This document shows, one piece after another, positions 51,395 to 63,339 of a DNA stretch of 64,000 bases. The notes below the pieces were generated by a model that searched no databases, was not told the origin of the DNA, and saw only the letters and a list, made by a program, of their open reading frames with translations. The position numbers and the translations under genes are program-made. Each line of letters opens with the position of its first letter. Positions within the stretch are counted from its first letter, which is position 1. The DNA is from Octopus vulgaris. Its lineage: Eukaryota. The stretch covers positions 74,276,001 through 74,340,000 of the forward strand of contig OX597817.1 in NCBI GenBank assembly GCA_951406725.2. Direction: 5' to 3'.

Positions 51395-52411
51395 CTCCAC
51401 AGACTTTTGATGCTGAAGTTGCTGGGCACTCAACTGGAAATGGGCTGCAGACAATTCTTCTTTCACTAAATTCAGCTCAGAAGAAATTGATTCTTGGCTT
51501 TCTGCAAATTCTTTTCTCAAATTTTCAATAGTCTCTTCTTTCTCTTGTAAACTGTCCTTGAAATCTTGCTCCGCTAACTGCAAGAGTTTCTTCTCTTCAA
51601 TCAAGTGGTCTTTGTCAACTTGTAGAGAATCTATCACAGACTGCAATGTTATTCGCATATCATTTGATTTTGTATTTTCTGACATAACTTGATCAAGTTC
51701 TTGCTGCAAGTCAATCTTTTCTGTTTCAGATTTTACTACTTTCACATGTAAATCAGCTGCTTGTTTCTTTATATTTTCCATTTCTTTTGTAAGGTTTTGG
51801 TTTTCCTCTAAAACTTCATTTAGCTTGGTTTGGAATTTTTCTTTAGAACTCAGCAGTTGTTGTTCTGTTTCTTTATGCTTGGCATTTATTACAGATATCT
51901 GCATCTCATACTGTTCCTTATATTCATCGAGTTCAGATTGAAGAGCAAAGTGTTTAGCCATCAATTCCTTATGATTATTTTCCAAAGAATGCAGTTTTTC
52001 ACTCAGCTCTTCATTTTGAAGAATCATATTTTCTCTTTCACAGCCAAAATTGCTAATCTCATCATTGGAAGCTTTATTCCTTTCTTCTAATGTATTATAT
52101 TCTTTATCTTTTATTTCTAAATCACATTCTAACTTTTGAATACATTCTTTCAAATAAGAATTCTCAGATGACATTTTTTCCATTTTCTCACTGAAATCAG
52201 ATTCTTGTTTTTGCAATTCTGCATTTTGTGATCTAGAACCTTCCAATTCTGACTTTAACAATGATATTTGTGCTAGAATTTCCTTATTAGGTTCTTGTTG
52301 ATGAAATCTTCCTTCAGAATTTAGATTTTTAGCCTCTTTCACAAACTCAAACAGTTTTTCTACAGTATCATTCAAGTCGTCATCTAGGGATTCAAAGTTA
52401 GAAATATAATC
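51395..52411 (-). CDS. FYCO1: FYCO1 large coiled-coil exon
   Basis: cag|DYISNFESLDD...QHQKSVE|gtatta; 1017 nt, E/K/Q/L-rich heptads. Confidence 0.93.
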
Positions 52412-52623
52412 CTGCAATATGAACAGAAAAAGAGACAAATTAATTACCATATTTGAACTAATTTTTATCATATTCTCCATTCCTTTCATCATTCATATTA
52501 ACATTATCTCTATTAATTTATTTAATATATGATTTATTTAATATTTAATCATTTGTTATTCTACAGACTTTTCACACCCATTTCTTAAAAACTCTAATAA
52601 ATACATTAGTGTGTGTGTGTGTG

Positions 52624-52697
52624 CAAAGGGCAAAAGCTCACTCGATCTCGATTTTCAGTACAAATACAGACCATGAAAGCGTGGCCATCGATCCTTT
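52624..52697 (+). pseudogene. 28S rRNA-derived fragment
   Basis: aagggcaaaagctcactcgatctcgattttcagtacaaatacagaccatgaaagcgtggccatcgatcctt matches the conserved eukaryotic LSU sequence AAGGGCAAAAGCTCGCTTGATCTTGATTTTCAGTACGAATACAGACCGTGAAAGC. Confidence 0.88.
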
Positions 52698-53843
52698 CCG
52701 AACAGCAGTGAGCTAACTACGGAAGTGGTGGCTTTTCATCGTTGCAAATGCGCACGACACCCCAACACCAAACCGGCTGGCAGACGACACGGCACGCCGG
52801 ACAACCGAAGCAGCAAAGAAATGCTGCGATGACCAAAGGAGCAGTTAGATATGTGTGGTAGAAGATAAATTTCTACCTGGATAGGATGCCAGGCTACCAC
52901 AGATCCCATTCTCAGAGGATTTGGTATTTATTACTGATAGATAAACTATAATAATATAGCTTCAAATTTGGAGGATTTATGTAGTTGAACAGATAGACCT
53001 CAGTATTCAGCAGACATTTATTTTACTGACACTGGAAGGATGAAAGGCAAAGTCAATCTCAGTGAGATTTGAACTCAAAACATAAAAGAATATAATGAAA
53101 TACTACATGACAATTTGTCCACTACTCTACTGATTCCAGTAGTGGCGTCCACACTCAAATCATCTTGCAAATTTAAATATTCATTGCATTCACTGCAGAG
53201 TATTGCATTTGCAAAATCTCTCACTCTCTCTTTTAATATTTTCATTTTAAGTTTTAATTCAGTATTTGGAAAACTGACAGTTTATTCTATTAATGTATAC
53301 GTAATGTAAATACATTATTTATTGAATGAAAAGTTTTTAAAATACCCATATAATTTTTGTAAAACAAATTTTAAAGTGATTTTGTTGTAATGACTGGAAC
53401 ACTATAAGCTTTAGAATAATAACTATCTGGAGTAATTTGGGCCATTTTGCCTCTTTAACTTAAAAACCATGGGAGGAGTCTTTTTGGTAACACAAAAAAA
53501 ATAATAAAACTGTAGATATTTTCAAAGGAAAAGGTGAACAATTCAAGGGAAGTTTCGCTGTTGTTTCTAGTACAACCCAAACCACCCTCCTTTTTCACTC
53601 TCACATGTATTGATGTTTTTTCAATATTTTTCTCCCATTAAACACATTTTATAGAATGATAATGCCGAAGTAACACACGCATGGTCCATTGGTAGAAGAA
53701 AAACAACAAAATAAATTGTAATCTAAATTTTTACCTCCACCTGAATCAAGTGAAGCCATGTGTGTGTCTAAGAAAAAAATCTAACTGAAAAGTATGCTAT
53801 TAAAAGGAATTATTGTTTACATAACTCTTTTTTTTAAATCAAC

Positions 53844-54139
53844 AACAATTGCAGTGTGGAAGATGTGTGTAAGCCATTCAAGAACACACAAGAAGTTAGT
53901 TTCACTCTAACATTTAAATTTCATTTGTGTGAAAATATTTTTGTTGCTTTGAAACCGTGACCTGTTCACTGACAAAACTTCGTGCTGCATCACTTCTGTG
54001 AAGTTTTGTCAGCGAACAGGTCGCGGTTTCAAAGCAACAAAAATATTTTGACACAAATGAAATTTAAATGTTGAAGTGAAACTAGCTGTTTTTGTGTGTT
54101 CTTGAATGGCTTACAAACATCTTCCATGCTGCAATTGTT
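53844..54139. repeat. ~300-bp fold-back (arms ~140 bp) with a variant hammerhead-like motif in each arm
   Basis: aacaattgcagtgtggaagatg...gacaaaacttc pairs with gaagttttgtc...catcttccatgctgcaattgtt. Confidence 0.92.
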
Positions 54140-55289
54140 TTTGTTTCAGCACATGATCTCAGATCAAGTCACTTGCTATGCAAGAACATCTCCATAATTT
54201 TTTTAAATCACTGTGGATAAATGCCAGCAATGACCTTCTCAGGCTCTCCAATATTTTAATAATTTAAACAAAAAATGGGGAAAATCCCTAAAAAAATTTT
54301 TCCCCACAAATTTCTTTATAATCGTAATCTATGTCGTTTGAAAGGGATTTGTATAAATTTTCATTAAAAGATACCCATTTTCCTGAAAGTTATGAGGGGG
54401 AAAAAAATCAGATCATGTGAATTTTCCAAAACTCCTCTCTCCATCCCCTTGGAAAAATTCTTTCCCATAAATCCCTATATACTCTGAAGCCACAACATCT
54501 AAGCGGTATTTGTAGAAAATTTTGTTAAAAAGTATCCTTTTTCTGGATGTTATGAGGCAAAAAAGTTGGGGGCATATACATCTGAAGTAATGCCCTTTTA
54601 TTTATATGATTTTTCATTTCATGTTTATTTCATTCATTGTTTGCAATGTTCTCTCTCTCTCTTTTACACACACACATACACTGCAAAGCTTACAGATGTG
54701 CTGCTGAATTGTAATCTCTATGTTGCTTTGTGGGGAAGGTAAAACTTGACAAATTGCTTCTCCCTTTGTTGTTAGACTACTAAGATGTTTGTTTAAAAGA
54801 GAGAGATTATGACTGTGATAAAATGATGAAAGTAATATTTACTAAGCAAGTAAGCACTATTAGACAAAGAAATAATTAGCAGTAAAATATAAAAATTATT
54901 GCAATTGGGAATCAAATGAGAAAATATTAGCAAGGGGCTAGCAGAAAACTGCTCGGAGGGTGATCTTTCTGCTAATATATAAAATTTAATAATCTGTAAT
55001 CTATATAATTTTCATAGTTATTTTTATATCCTATAACCGCTTTGTTACCATGTTTCTATTGAAATATACTACCTTTATTTCAAGTAATTTTGAATATAAT
55101 AAATTTGTTAAAATAACTCTGTCTTTATTAAGCTGCTGTTTGGAATATAAATTAACATGAAATTTTGATGGGAGATTTTTAAGTCAACTCATTTCGAAAC
55201 AGAATTTGTATTATAGAACCAAGGGTGGTTTCAGGCAGGTTGGCACCAAAAAGGTTAACAAATGTATCCAGAATATAAACATAACTTAC

Positions 55290-55941
55290 CTGATCAACAA
55301 TAGAATCAAAATCTAAAAGATTATTCAAGGTAGATTTTAGTTGCTGAGATTGTTGCTGGTATTTATTTAACAGCTCAGCCTTCTCTTCAACCGACTGTTG
55401 TAGCATCACAAGCTCTTCATTCTGCCTGTGCAGTTCTCGTTGCACCTCTTCAAAATCTTCACATTTCCGCTGCAGACGTCGATTTTCCCATAAGATCTTT
55501 TCATATTCATGCTTCAGATATTCTACACTGTCTTCATTATCAACGACATCATCATCATCATCATCATCATCATCAACAACAACATTATCATGAACATCAT
55601 CATCATCTTCATTAATATCATTATCATCATTTTCATTTTCTTGCGATGACGACAAAGACTGAAACTGTTCTTCTTGAACTGCTGTTGATTCAGCAAATTC
55701 AACTTCTGTTGACTTGAGACTATTTATTTGATGTTCCAGAATAGCTTTCTCCTTCTCCAGGACTTCTATTCTGGATTTGTTAGTATTAACAATCTGTTCG
55801 TGTTCATGTTCTATCTCAGTTAATTTGTCCTGGAGAGACTTGAGACCTTTCGTAAGATTTCTGCGTTCTAAATCTAATCTGTCTTTTTCATCTTGCCAGG
55901 CTTGCTGTGAACTGCTGAATTCCATACTCAGACTATCATAC
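55290..55941 (-). CDS. FYCO1: FYCO1 exon (coiled coil with an acidic tract)
   Basis: tag|(E)YDSLSMEFSSSQQAWQDEK...LLDFDSIVDQ|gtaagt; 652 nt. Confidence 0.93.
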
Positions 55942-56248
55942 CTACAAACAAAGAAATTAAACTAATTGAGGTGAAAACTAAACAGAAGGTAGTCTATTCA
56001 GGGATAATGATCACAGTTTGAAAAAAGAAATTGTCATAGATATATTTAGAAATACATTTAGCACACACACACATACGCAAACACACAAACATGCACACAC
56101 AAACACATGAATATGCAGAATACATACATATATATGCATACATGCATACATACATACGTGTATATACAGGCATGTTGATGCACACACAGGTGCACAAACA
56201 AAAAAAAAGAATATATATATATATATATGATGGGCTCCTTTTGGCGAG

Positions 56249-56478
56249 TGGTGGTGGTGGTGAGGAGGAGGAGGAGGGGGAGGAGGAGGAGGAGGAGGAG
56301 GAGGAGGAGGAGGAGGAGGAGGAGGAGAAGAAGAAGAAGAAGAAGAAGAAGAAGAAGAAGAAGAAGAAGAAGAAGAAGAAGAAGAAGAAGAAGAAGAAGA
56401 AGAAGAAGAAGAAGAAGAAGAAGAAGAAGAAGAAGAAGAAGAAGAAGAAGAAGAAGAAGAAGAAGAAGAAGAAGAAGA
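56249..56478. repeat. (GGT)n(GAG)n(GAA)n microsatellite
   Basis: Directly visible; lies about 20 nt from an exon donor. Confidence 0.98.
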
Positions 56479-56496
56479 ATTATCATCATCACTCAC

Positions 56497-56717
56497 TCTT
56501 GTTTCAGTGTTCTGTATTTTTCTTTCATCTCATTAAGTCTCTTCACCCAAAGAGCCACCTCCTGACTTGTAGTGAACTTTTCCTCTTCTAATTCTTCAAT
56601 TTTAGAGTACAGTTCTGAACAGGAGACATTAGAACTTGTTTCTCGAGGGGACATGTACTGTTCATCAATGGATTCAGTAAAGGAGGAAGCAACATCTATT
56701 TTGGAAGATGGGCTATC
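56497..56717 (-). CDS. FYCO1: FYCO1 exon
   Basis: cag|DSPSSKIDVASS...EKYRTLKQ|gtgagt; 221 nt. Confidence 0.9.
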
Positions 56718-56869
56718 CTGTAAACAGAACCAAACTACATTAAACACAGTACCACAATAACATAGAATGCAACCAAATATGAAAATTATTAATGGTTTGA
56801 TTATCAATACAATGCCAGTTATGAATTTTGTGACAAGACAAAATATGTGTGTATTAAATAAGCTGATAT

Positions 56870-57775
56870 CAATCTGTCAGAGACTTCCCCAAGTTCTATG
56901 ATACAAATTTAGATGAGGACAGCTGCATAAAGAAGTACTGATCTCTAATTGTGGAGAGGACCTGTAGAAGGAGTAGACCCAGGAAGACATAGGATGAAGT
57001 GGTGAGAAAGGATCTTCAGATGCTGGGCCTCACTAAGGAGATGGCAAGGAACCGAAACTTCTGGCTAATTGCTGTACTTGAGAAGACATAAAATAGCGGA
57101 CATCCATACATACAGGAAAGCCCTTTATGGTCATGCCCCTACTCCCTCTCCCTCTCCCAGCTGAGTTGGCTTTGTCTTGTGGGTGCCGGTGCCACATAAA
57201 ATGCACTTGTGACAGTACTATGTAAGATGTACTCTTGCCAGTGCCACATATGGTGCTCTATTGCTAGTGCCATGTAAAATGCACTCATACTTTTTTCTAC
57301 TCTAGGCACAAAGTGTGAAATTTTGGGGGAGGAGGCCAGTCGATTAGATCAACCCCAGTACGCAACTACTACTTTGTTTATCGACCCTGAAAGGATGAAA
57401 GGCAAAGTCGACCCCTCAGAACATAGAGACAGACAAAATGCCGCTAAGCATTTCGCCCACCATGCTAGCGATTCTGCCAGCTCGCCACTAGTACCACATA
57501 GAGTGTACTCATACCAATTTTACTTAAAATGCACTCGTGCTGGTGCCATGTAATAAGCAATCATGCCAATGTCACTTAATAGCACCAGTGCTGGTAGTAC
57601 ATAAAAAGAACCCAGTGCACACTGTATAGTGGATGGCATTAGGAGGGGCATCAAGCTTTAGAAACCATGCAAAAATAGACAATTGGAGCCGGGACAGCTC
57701 TCTGGCTTGCCAGCTCCTGTCAAACTGTCCAACCCATGCCAGTATGGAAAGTAGACATTAAATGAAGATGATGAA
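56870..57775 (+). mobile_element. RTE-clade LINE 3' end with family D 3'UTR, interrupted by a SINE C-related fragment
   Basis: Homologous to 26367-26842 (cccaggaagac...gatgaagtggtgagaaaggatcttcagatgctgggcctcact). Confidence 0.7.
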
Positions 57776-58430
57776 TCTAAATTAAAACCTTCCCTTAAAA
57801 TTAATGTGTGTTCCAGACATCAACTTAATAACAACTAAGTTATGTTAATAAATTCTTCATTATATTCAACGTTAATTGAAACAGAAGCAGTCTATTTCAA
57901 CAGAAATATGGTAATGAAAAGGCTAAATAAAGATAATTCATCTTTTTTTTCCCAAAATTAATTTAAACAAATGCAGTGTATTTCAATGAAAATATGGTAA
58001 CAAAAAGGTTAAACAATAACAAAGTTATTTCAATAAATTCTTCATTATTTTCAAAATTAACTGACACAAAAGACTGTATTTCAACAGAAAAACGGTAACA
58101 AAAAGGTTACACACATAGATGTGATGCTGTCATAAGCAGCAGCAGAAGCAATGCTTTTGCACTCATTTCTCCATGCTGGTATGGGTTAGACAAGGCTTCT
58201 CGAACCAATTTTCTATGGCCTGAACACCTAATCCTAATGCTAACCTGTTTGTTTTCAAGTAAAGTGCTTTATTTCACTAATCTTTGCATGTCAGCATGTT
58301 GAGGTATATGATATATTGTTTACACTGGACATATATAAACATCACTGCTCTCCAAGTAGTATCAATATGAAGAAATACATAGAAAACAGGCAGACAAATG
58401 CACATGTATAAGCATATGCCTGTTGGGTGG

Positions 58431-58612
58431 GTATGTATGTATGTATGTATGTATGTATGTATGTATGTGTATGTATGTGTATGTATATGTATGTATGTAT
58501 GTATGTATGTGCACATGTATATGTATGCATGTATGTATGAATGTATGCATGCATGTATGCATGTATGTATGCATGTATGTATGCTTGTGTGTATGCATGT
58601 ATGTATGCATGT
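58431..58612. repeat. (GTAT)n/(GCAT)n microsatellite
   Basis: Directly visible. Confidence 0.95.
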
Positions 58613-59959
58613 ATAAATGCATATGTGTGTCTGTGCATTTCTGCACATCTTCACGTCAACATCTGTTGGTTATTGTTGAAGATTGTTGATGTCCAGCAAA
58701 AATAGTACATCCTACTTTGTCACAGTTTGATGTGCAAAGATCAGGAGAATAAAGTACCTTACATGAAAATAAGTAAGGGTTTGCATCAGGAAGGGCTTTC
58801 AATCATAGAGTACTACCCCAGCAAGACCACCCAACCCATACCAGCATGGAAATAGCAGCAAGAGTTGAACAAGACATAATTTTTTCATACATATGGAACA
58901 CTGGGCCTCAGAGGCAATGACAAGTGACTGAGACCTTTGGCAATATGTTGTACTTGAGAAGACTCATCAAGCCAAGTCAAACCCTAGTTGTGGCTGATGC
59001 TGGGACCACGTAACAGGTACCCATGCTGGTGGCATGTAAAAGCACCCTTCGAATGTTGGGCCTCATAAAGGTGATAAGTGACCGAGACCTTTGGCAATAT
59101 GCCATGCTTGAGAAGACTCATTAAGCGAAGTGAAAGCATAGCTGTGGTCGATGCTGGTGTCATGTAACTGGCAGCTGCACCAGTGGCATGTAAAAAGCAC
59201 CCATTACACTCTTGGAGTGGTTGGTATTAAGAAGGGCATCCAGCTGTAGAAACTGTACCAAATCAGATTGGAACCTGGTGCAACTCTCCAGTTTACCAGT
59301 TTCAGTCAAACCATTTAACCCAGCGTGGAAAGCAAACGCTAAATGATGATGATGTGCAGATGTGCTCATGCATATATTTCTGGACTTCCATACAGCCTCC
59401 AACTACCAAATATTTCTAATATGATATTGGTTAATCCAAGGCAGTAGTAGAAGACACTTGCCCAAATTTCCATTTTTTTTTAAACCACACAGCCATGTCT
59501 GCATCCATATACAAATTTATTAAACACTCAGTGAAGGGGTGGCTGTGTGCTTTAAAAATTTGCTTCTGAACCACGATTTCAGGTTCAGTCCCACTGTGTA
59601 ACAACTTGAACAAATGCTTCCTACTACAGTCCTAGGTTGAACAAAGCCTTGTGAGTGAATTTCAAAGACAGAAGCTGAAAAAGACATGTCAAATATGAGT
59701 ATGTATCCTTATATTGACATCCTGTGATTATCATATACGAGCATTTCTGCCATACAAGCAATATTGTTCATTTCCAATCTTTCATAGAAATAAATGAATA
59801 TTGGCTACAGGAAGGGCATCCAGCTGCAGAAAATCTGTCTCAACAAATTTTATCTGACCCACACAAACATGGAAAAGAGGATGTTAAATGATGATGATGA
59901 ACACAGAGCAAGAAAACCTATAAAATTATAATATATAATGTATAACAACATTACTTAAC

Positions 59960-60044
59960 CTGTTGTATGCTTGGAATACTGAGGAGACTGCTCATACTGG
60001 ATGTTCTACTGGGTGGATTCCAGGAATAGCTGCCATTTGTCTTT
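59960..60044 (-). CDS. FYCO1: FYCO1 exon (after the RUN domain)
   Basis: cag|(R)KTNGSYSWNPPSRTSSMSSLLSIPSIQQ|gttaag; 85 nt. Confidence 0.92.
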
Positions 60045-60935
60045 CTGAAATAGGATAGCAGTTTTTAGAAATATTTTTATTCTCTATAATATAAAAACTG
60101 CTGTGTTCCATGAATTGTTACATTAGACATTACTTGGTAGTACGTAAAAAGCACAATCCGAAACCACCACCCCACCCCCACCGGCTCCTGTGCTGGTAGC
60201 ATGTAAAAAGCACCATCTGAACGTGGCCAATGCCAGCGCCACTTGATTGGTACCTATGCTTGCAGGTTAGGAAGAGCATCCAGCTGTAGAAACATTGCCA
60301 GATCAGATTGGAGCCTGGTGAGGCCTCCTGGTTTGCCAGTCCCCAGTCAAACCGTCCAACCCATGCCAGCAGGGAAAACAGATGTTAAACAATGATAATG
60401 ACAATTAGAAAATATGTTGAAGGCTCAAAAGTTAATGAATTTTTAAAAAACTAACAAGATAGATTCTGAAGTTCAAGTTTATTATAATGGTGTTTAGCAG
60501 TTTAGAACTTTGGTGATTGTATTGAGTATCATACAGTTTGAGAGCTCAGAAATATATGTTATGATGCTTGGATTCTGTTCATGATTGATTAAACCATTCA
60601 GCAGTTAAGAATTTGACAAAAATGAGCACTTATATTAAGATTTTCTAGAATGTGTGATCAAAAATTATGGTATAAATAATTCCTGCATCACCATTCAAAG
60701 TTCAGCTGATCAATTCCTTTCTCATAAATTTGTGCACTGAAAGCTGACCAAAACTACCTAATCAGATTCATGTTCAATTTGAAGGAAAGATAAATCAAGA
60801 AATTTGACAGAGAGTATAACTTCTACTGAAAGTAAATCAAAAGATTGTCATCACTTTTTAATTAGAGATACAACTTTTAGTTGAAATATACTAAATACAT
60901 GTAAACACTGAAAATAGGAAATAGTGAAAATTTAC

Positions 60936-61079
60936 CTGGCAAATGAAGGCCATGAGTTGTCTAAATCATAACCTGTAGGAATTAAATCGAAGTTTACATC
61001 ATTGATGTCATACAGTGCATTTATAATTGCCGAACTGTGTTTGTGTTGTAACCAAGGAGATGATGGATAAAACCATTCA
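60936..61079 (-). CDS. FYCO1: FYCO1 exon (RUN domain C-terminus)
   Basis: cag|EWFYPSSPWLQHKHSSAIINALYDINDVNFDLIPTGYDLDNSWPSFA|gtaaat; 144 nt. Confidence 0.95.
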
Positions 61080-61493
61080 CTGAAAGATAAAAAAATATCT
61101 CAAAATCAGCAAAAATTATTCTTATTCCTAGATTCTCTAGAAACTTTGTTTACAGAATAATCACACTTCCACTTTCAAAGTGGTTTTATAACAGACCTGC
61201 ATAATATCTAGGACTTCACACTGGCTGGCATAATATTGATATCTTTCATAAACATGTTTCTTTAGATCTGAGGATCAGAATTGAAATTCTGTGACATTCA
61301 TGCCTTTCTCAAAAATATTAGCAGAGTAACTAGCTTTAATTAGAAATTCATGTTAATTTCAGTTCACAAGTAATTTTTTCTCTTCTACTATGCCTAACTC
61401 AGTGGTTGTTAACCTAAGTGGCAGCATACCTTTGGGAGTATTTTGAGCTCACAAAGGGACAGCAAATATCAAGGGGATACATTGGGTGTTTAG

Positions 61494-61711
61494 CCCTTTA
61501 GCATTTAAACCTCCCAAATCTGACTCAAATATTCTACATGTTTTAAGTTCAAACCAGCCAAATGTGACCTCTCACATCTACCCTACAGTGTCATTCTAAA
61601 AGTAAACAACCACATCATTTGGAATCTTAAAGCTGCAAGATTATGCAAGATTAATTCAAAATAATGTGAATAAATAAACAACATTTGATAAAGTAATCTG
61701 AATGCTAAAGG
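61494..61711. mobile_element. piggyBac-like MITE, diverged
   Basis: Same family as 23985. Confidence 0.72.
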
Positions 61712-61777
61712 TTTAAAGGGATTGCGATTTTGTTTTTCTTGCAAATAAAATATTTAAATCAGGCACAATATTTGTTT

Positions 61778-62203
61778 TGTAGTGACGCCATCTTGGAAAT
61801 CTCCAGCATGCATGCACAGAGTTGGATTCTTCCGGGAGGCCTGCTGGAAGTTCCCTCATGTGCATGCGCAGAAATCTAGCAGCAGCGAAATTCCCTCGTA
61901 TCGTTCTCTCGAACGCTGGCAGTTGAACAGGACAGTCATGTTTTATCAGCTCTCTCTCTCAAGCTGCTACCTCATGGCGTATCTCTGCTATGCTTGAATG
62001 GACAGGAATTGGCTCACTCCACTTGACTACTGTGATAAGCTGCCGATTCGCTCAGAAAGAAGAATGTATATATTACGAATTAAGAATAAATATTTATACT
62101 GTTGAAGTTAATCGGAAGTCTTGACTCTTTCCTTCGATTAATATTTTAATGTAAAGGATGCGAGCAGCACCCATCCAATGCGAGGACCTCTCATCCTGTT
62201 ACA
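61778..62203 (+). mobile_element. Solo LTR (Gypsy-like, 4-bp TSD)
   Basis: TGTA...TACA termini, GTTT direct repeat on both sides (61774-77 and 62204-07), AATAAA near 62085; 426 bp and CpG-rich relative to the flanks. Confidence 0.85.
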
Positions 62204-63209
62204 GTTTTCAACACATTTAAAAAAAATTTTTGTCATGAGAAAATATGAATTGGACATAGTGTTATCAGTAAACTGAAACATGACTGATGATGTGCATGGT
62301 TCCAATATGATTTTGTTATATAAGTCCTTGCCTTTTTTTTAGTTATTTCCATAAAAATTTAACATAAGGGACATTAGCCCAGGGCGCAGAAAAAAATCCT
62401 CCCACATTTTACATGTTGACAAGTGTTTCAACAGCAAAGTGGTTCAGTTACCATGATGGTGATTAGAAAAAATAGAAAAAAACACTACCTAATATGCATA
62501 AAAAACCCTATATCTAAAAAGAGACATGTGGTGGTTGGGATGCAATAAGAAAATATAGATAATAAACAATTGAGAAAAATTAACTGTTATTGATTAAAAT
62601 AATCCACTGAAGGAGTTTGAGGGGTTCTTTTTGCTTTTTATTTATTTATTTATTGCAAAACATGGAGAGTGGGTGCTTGTAAAACACGATTGCATGAAAG
62701 AGGTACAGAACAAAAAATGGTTGAGAACTAGTTGTCTGACTAATGAAATATTGTCCAGAACCCAAAATATCATAATATGATACCACCAAAGAGGGAGTAT
62801 CCTTCACAAAGATGTATGAGGTTGATCAAAGCTGACAACTACAAAAACTATAGTTAAAATATTGTCACTGATATGACACAAACACCAAAAACATTGTGTG
62901 TATGTTTGTCATAACAAGTATAGCTTATATTGTTCTGTATATATAAACATTGGTATGATATGTTAAAACTGGATATTTTATTTGGTTTTAAGTTGTTTCC
63001 CTATCAAAAAATCAATTTCATTATGAAGTACATATGATGTATGTGTTCCAATAAAGTGATGGGTTCAATTTCTCATTTACCACTGAGATGTGCCCAAGGT
63101 AAATTATAACATTTTCATCACTCTACCAAGCTGAAAAGTTAAGCTCAATCCCCAATAACACAAGAATGGCAAATATTGGGAAGATAAAGAATATAACTAC
63201 AAAAAAAAA

Positions 63210-63339
<130 letters not shown>

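Larger units (their letters stand above)
17265..61079 (-). other. FYCO1: FYCO1 orthologue (FYVE and coiled-coil domain autophagy adaptor), gene span within the window, 5' incomplete
   Basis: 17 exons join in frame (3577 nt). Domain order is RUN (C-terminal part), coiled coil, FYVE, LIR, GOLD. Motifs FDL...YDLDNSWPSFAR, WNPPSRTSSMSSL, REKDHLW and IFDNAYSRLTSKKV match FYCO1. Confidence 0.93.

Noticed and set aside
56011-56591. Poly-S/P/L/E/K/R ORFs, and the many (YI)n, (CV)n, poly-H and poly-I ORFs elsewhere
   Set aside because: Microsatellite translations.
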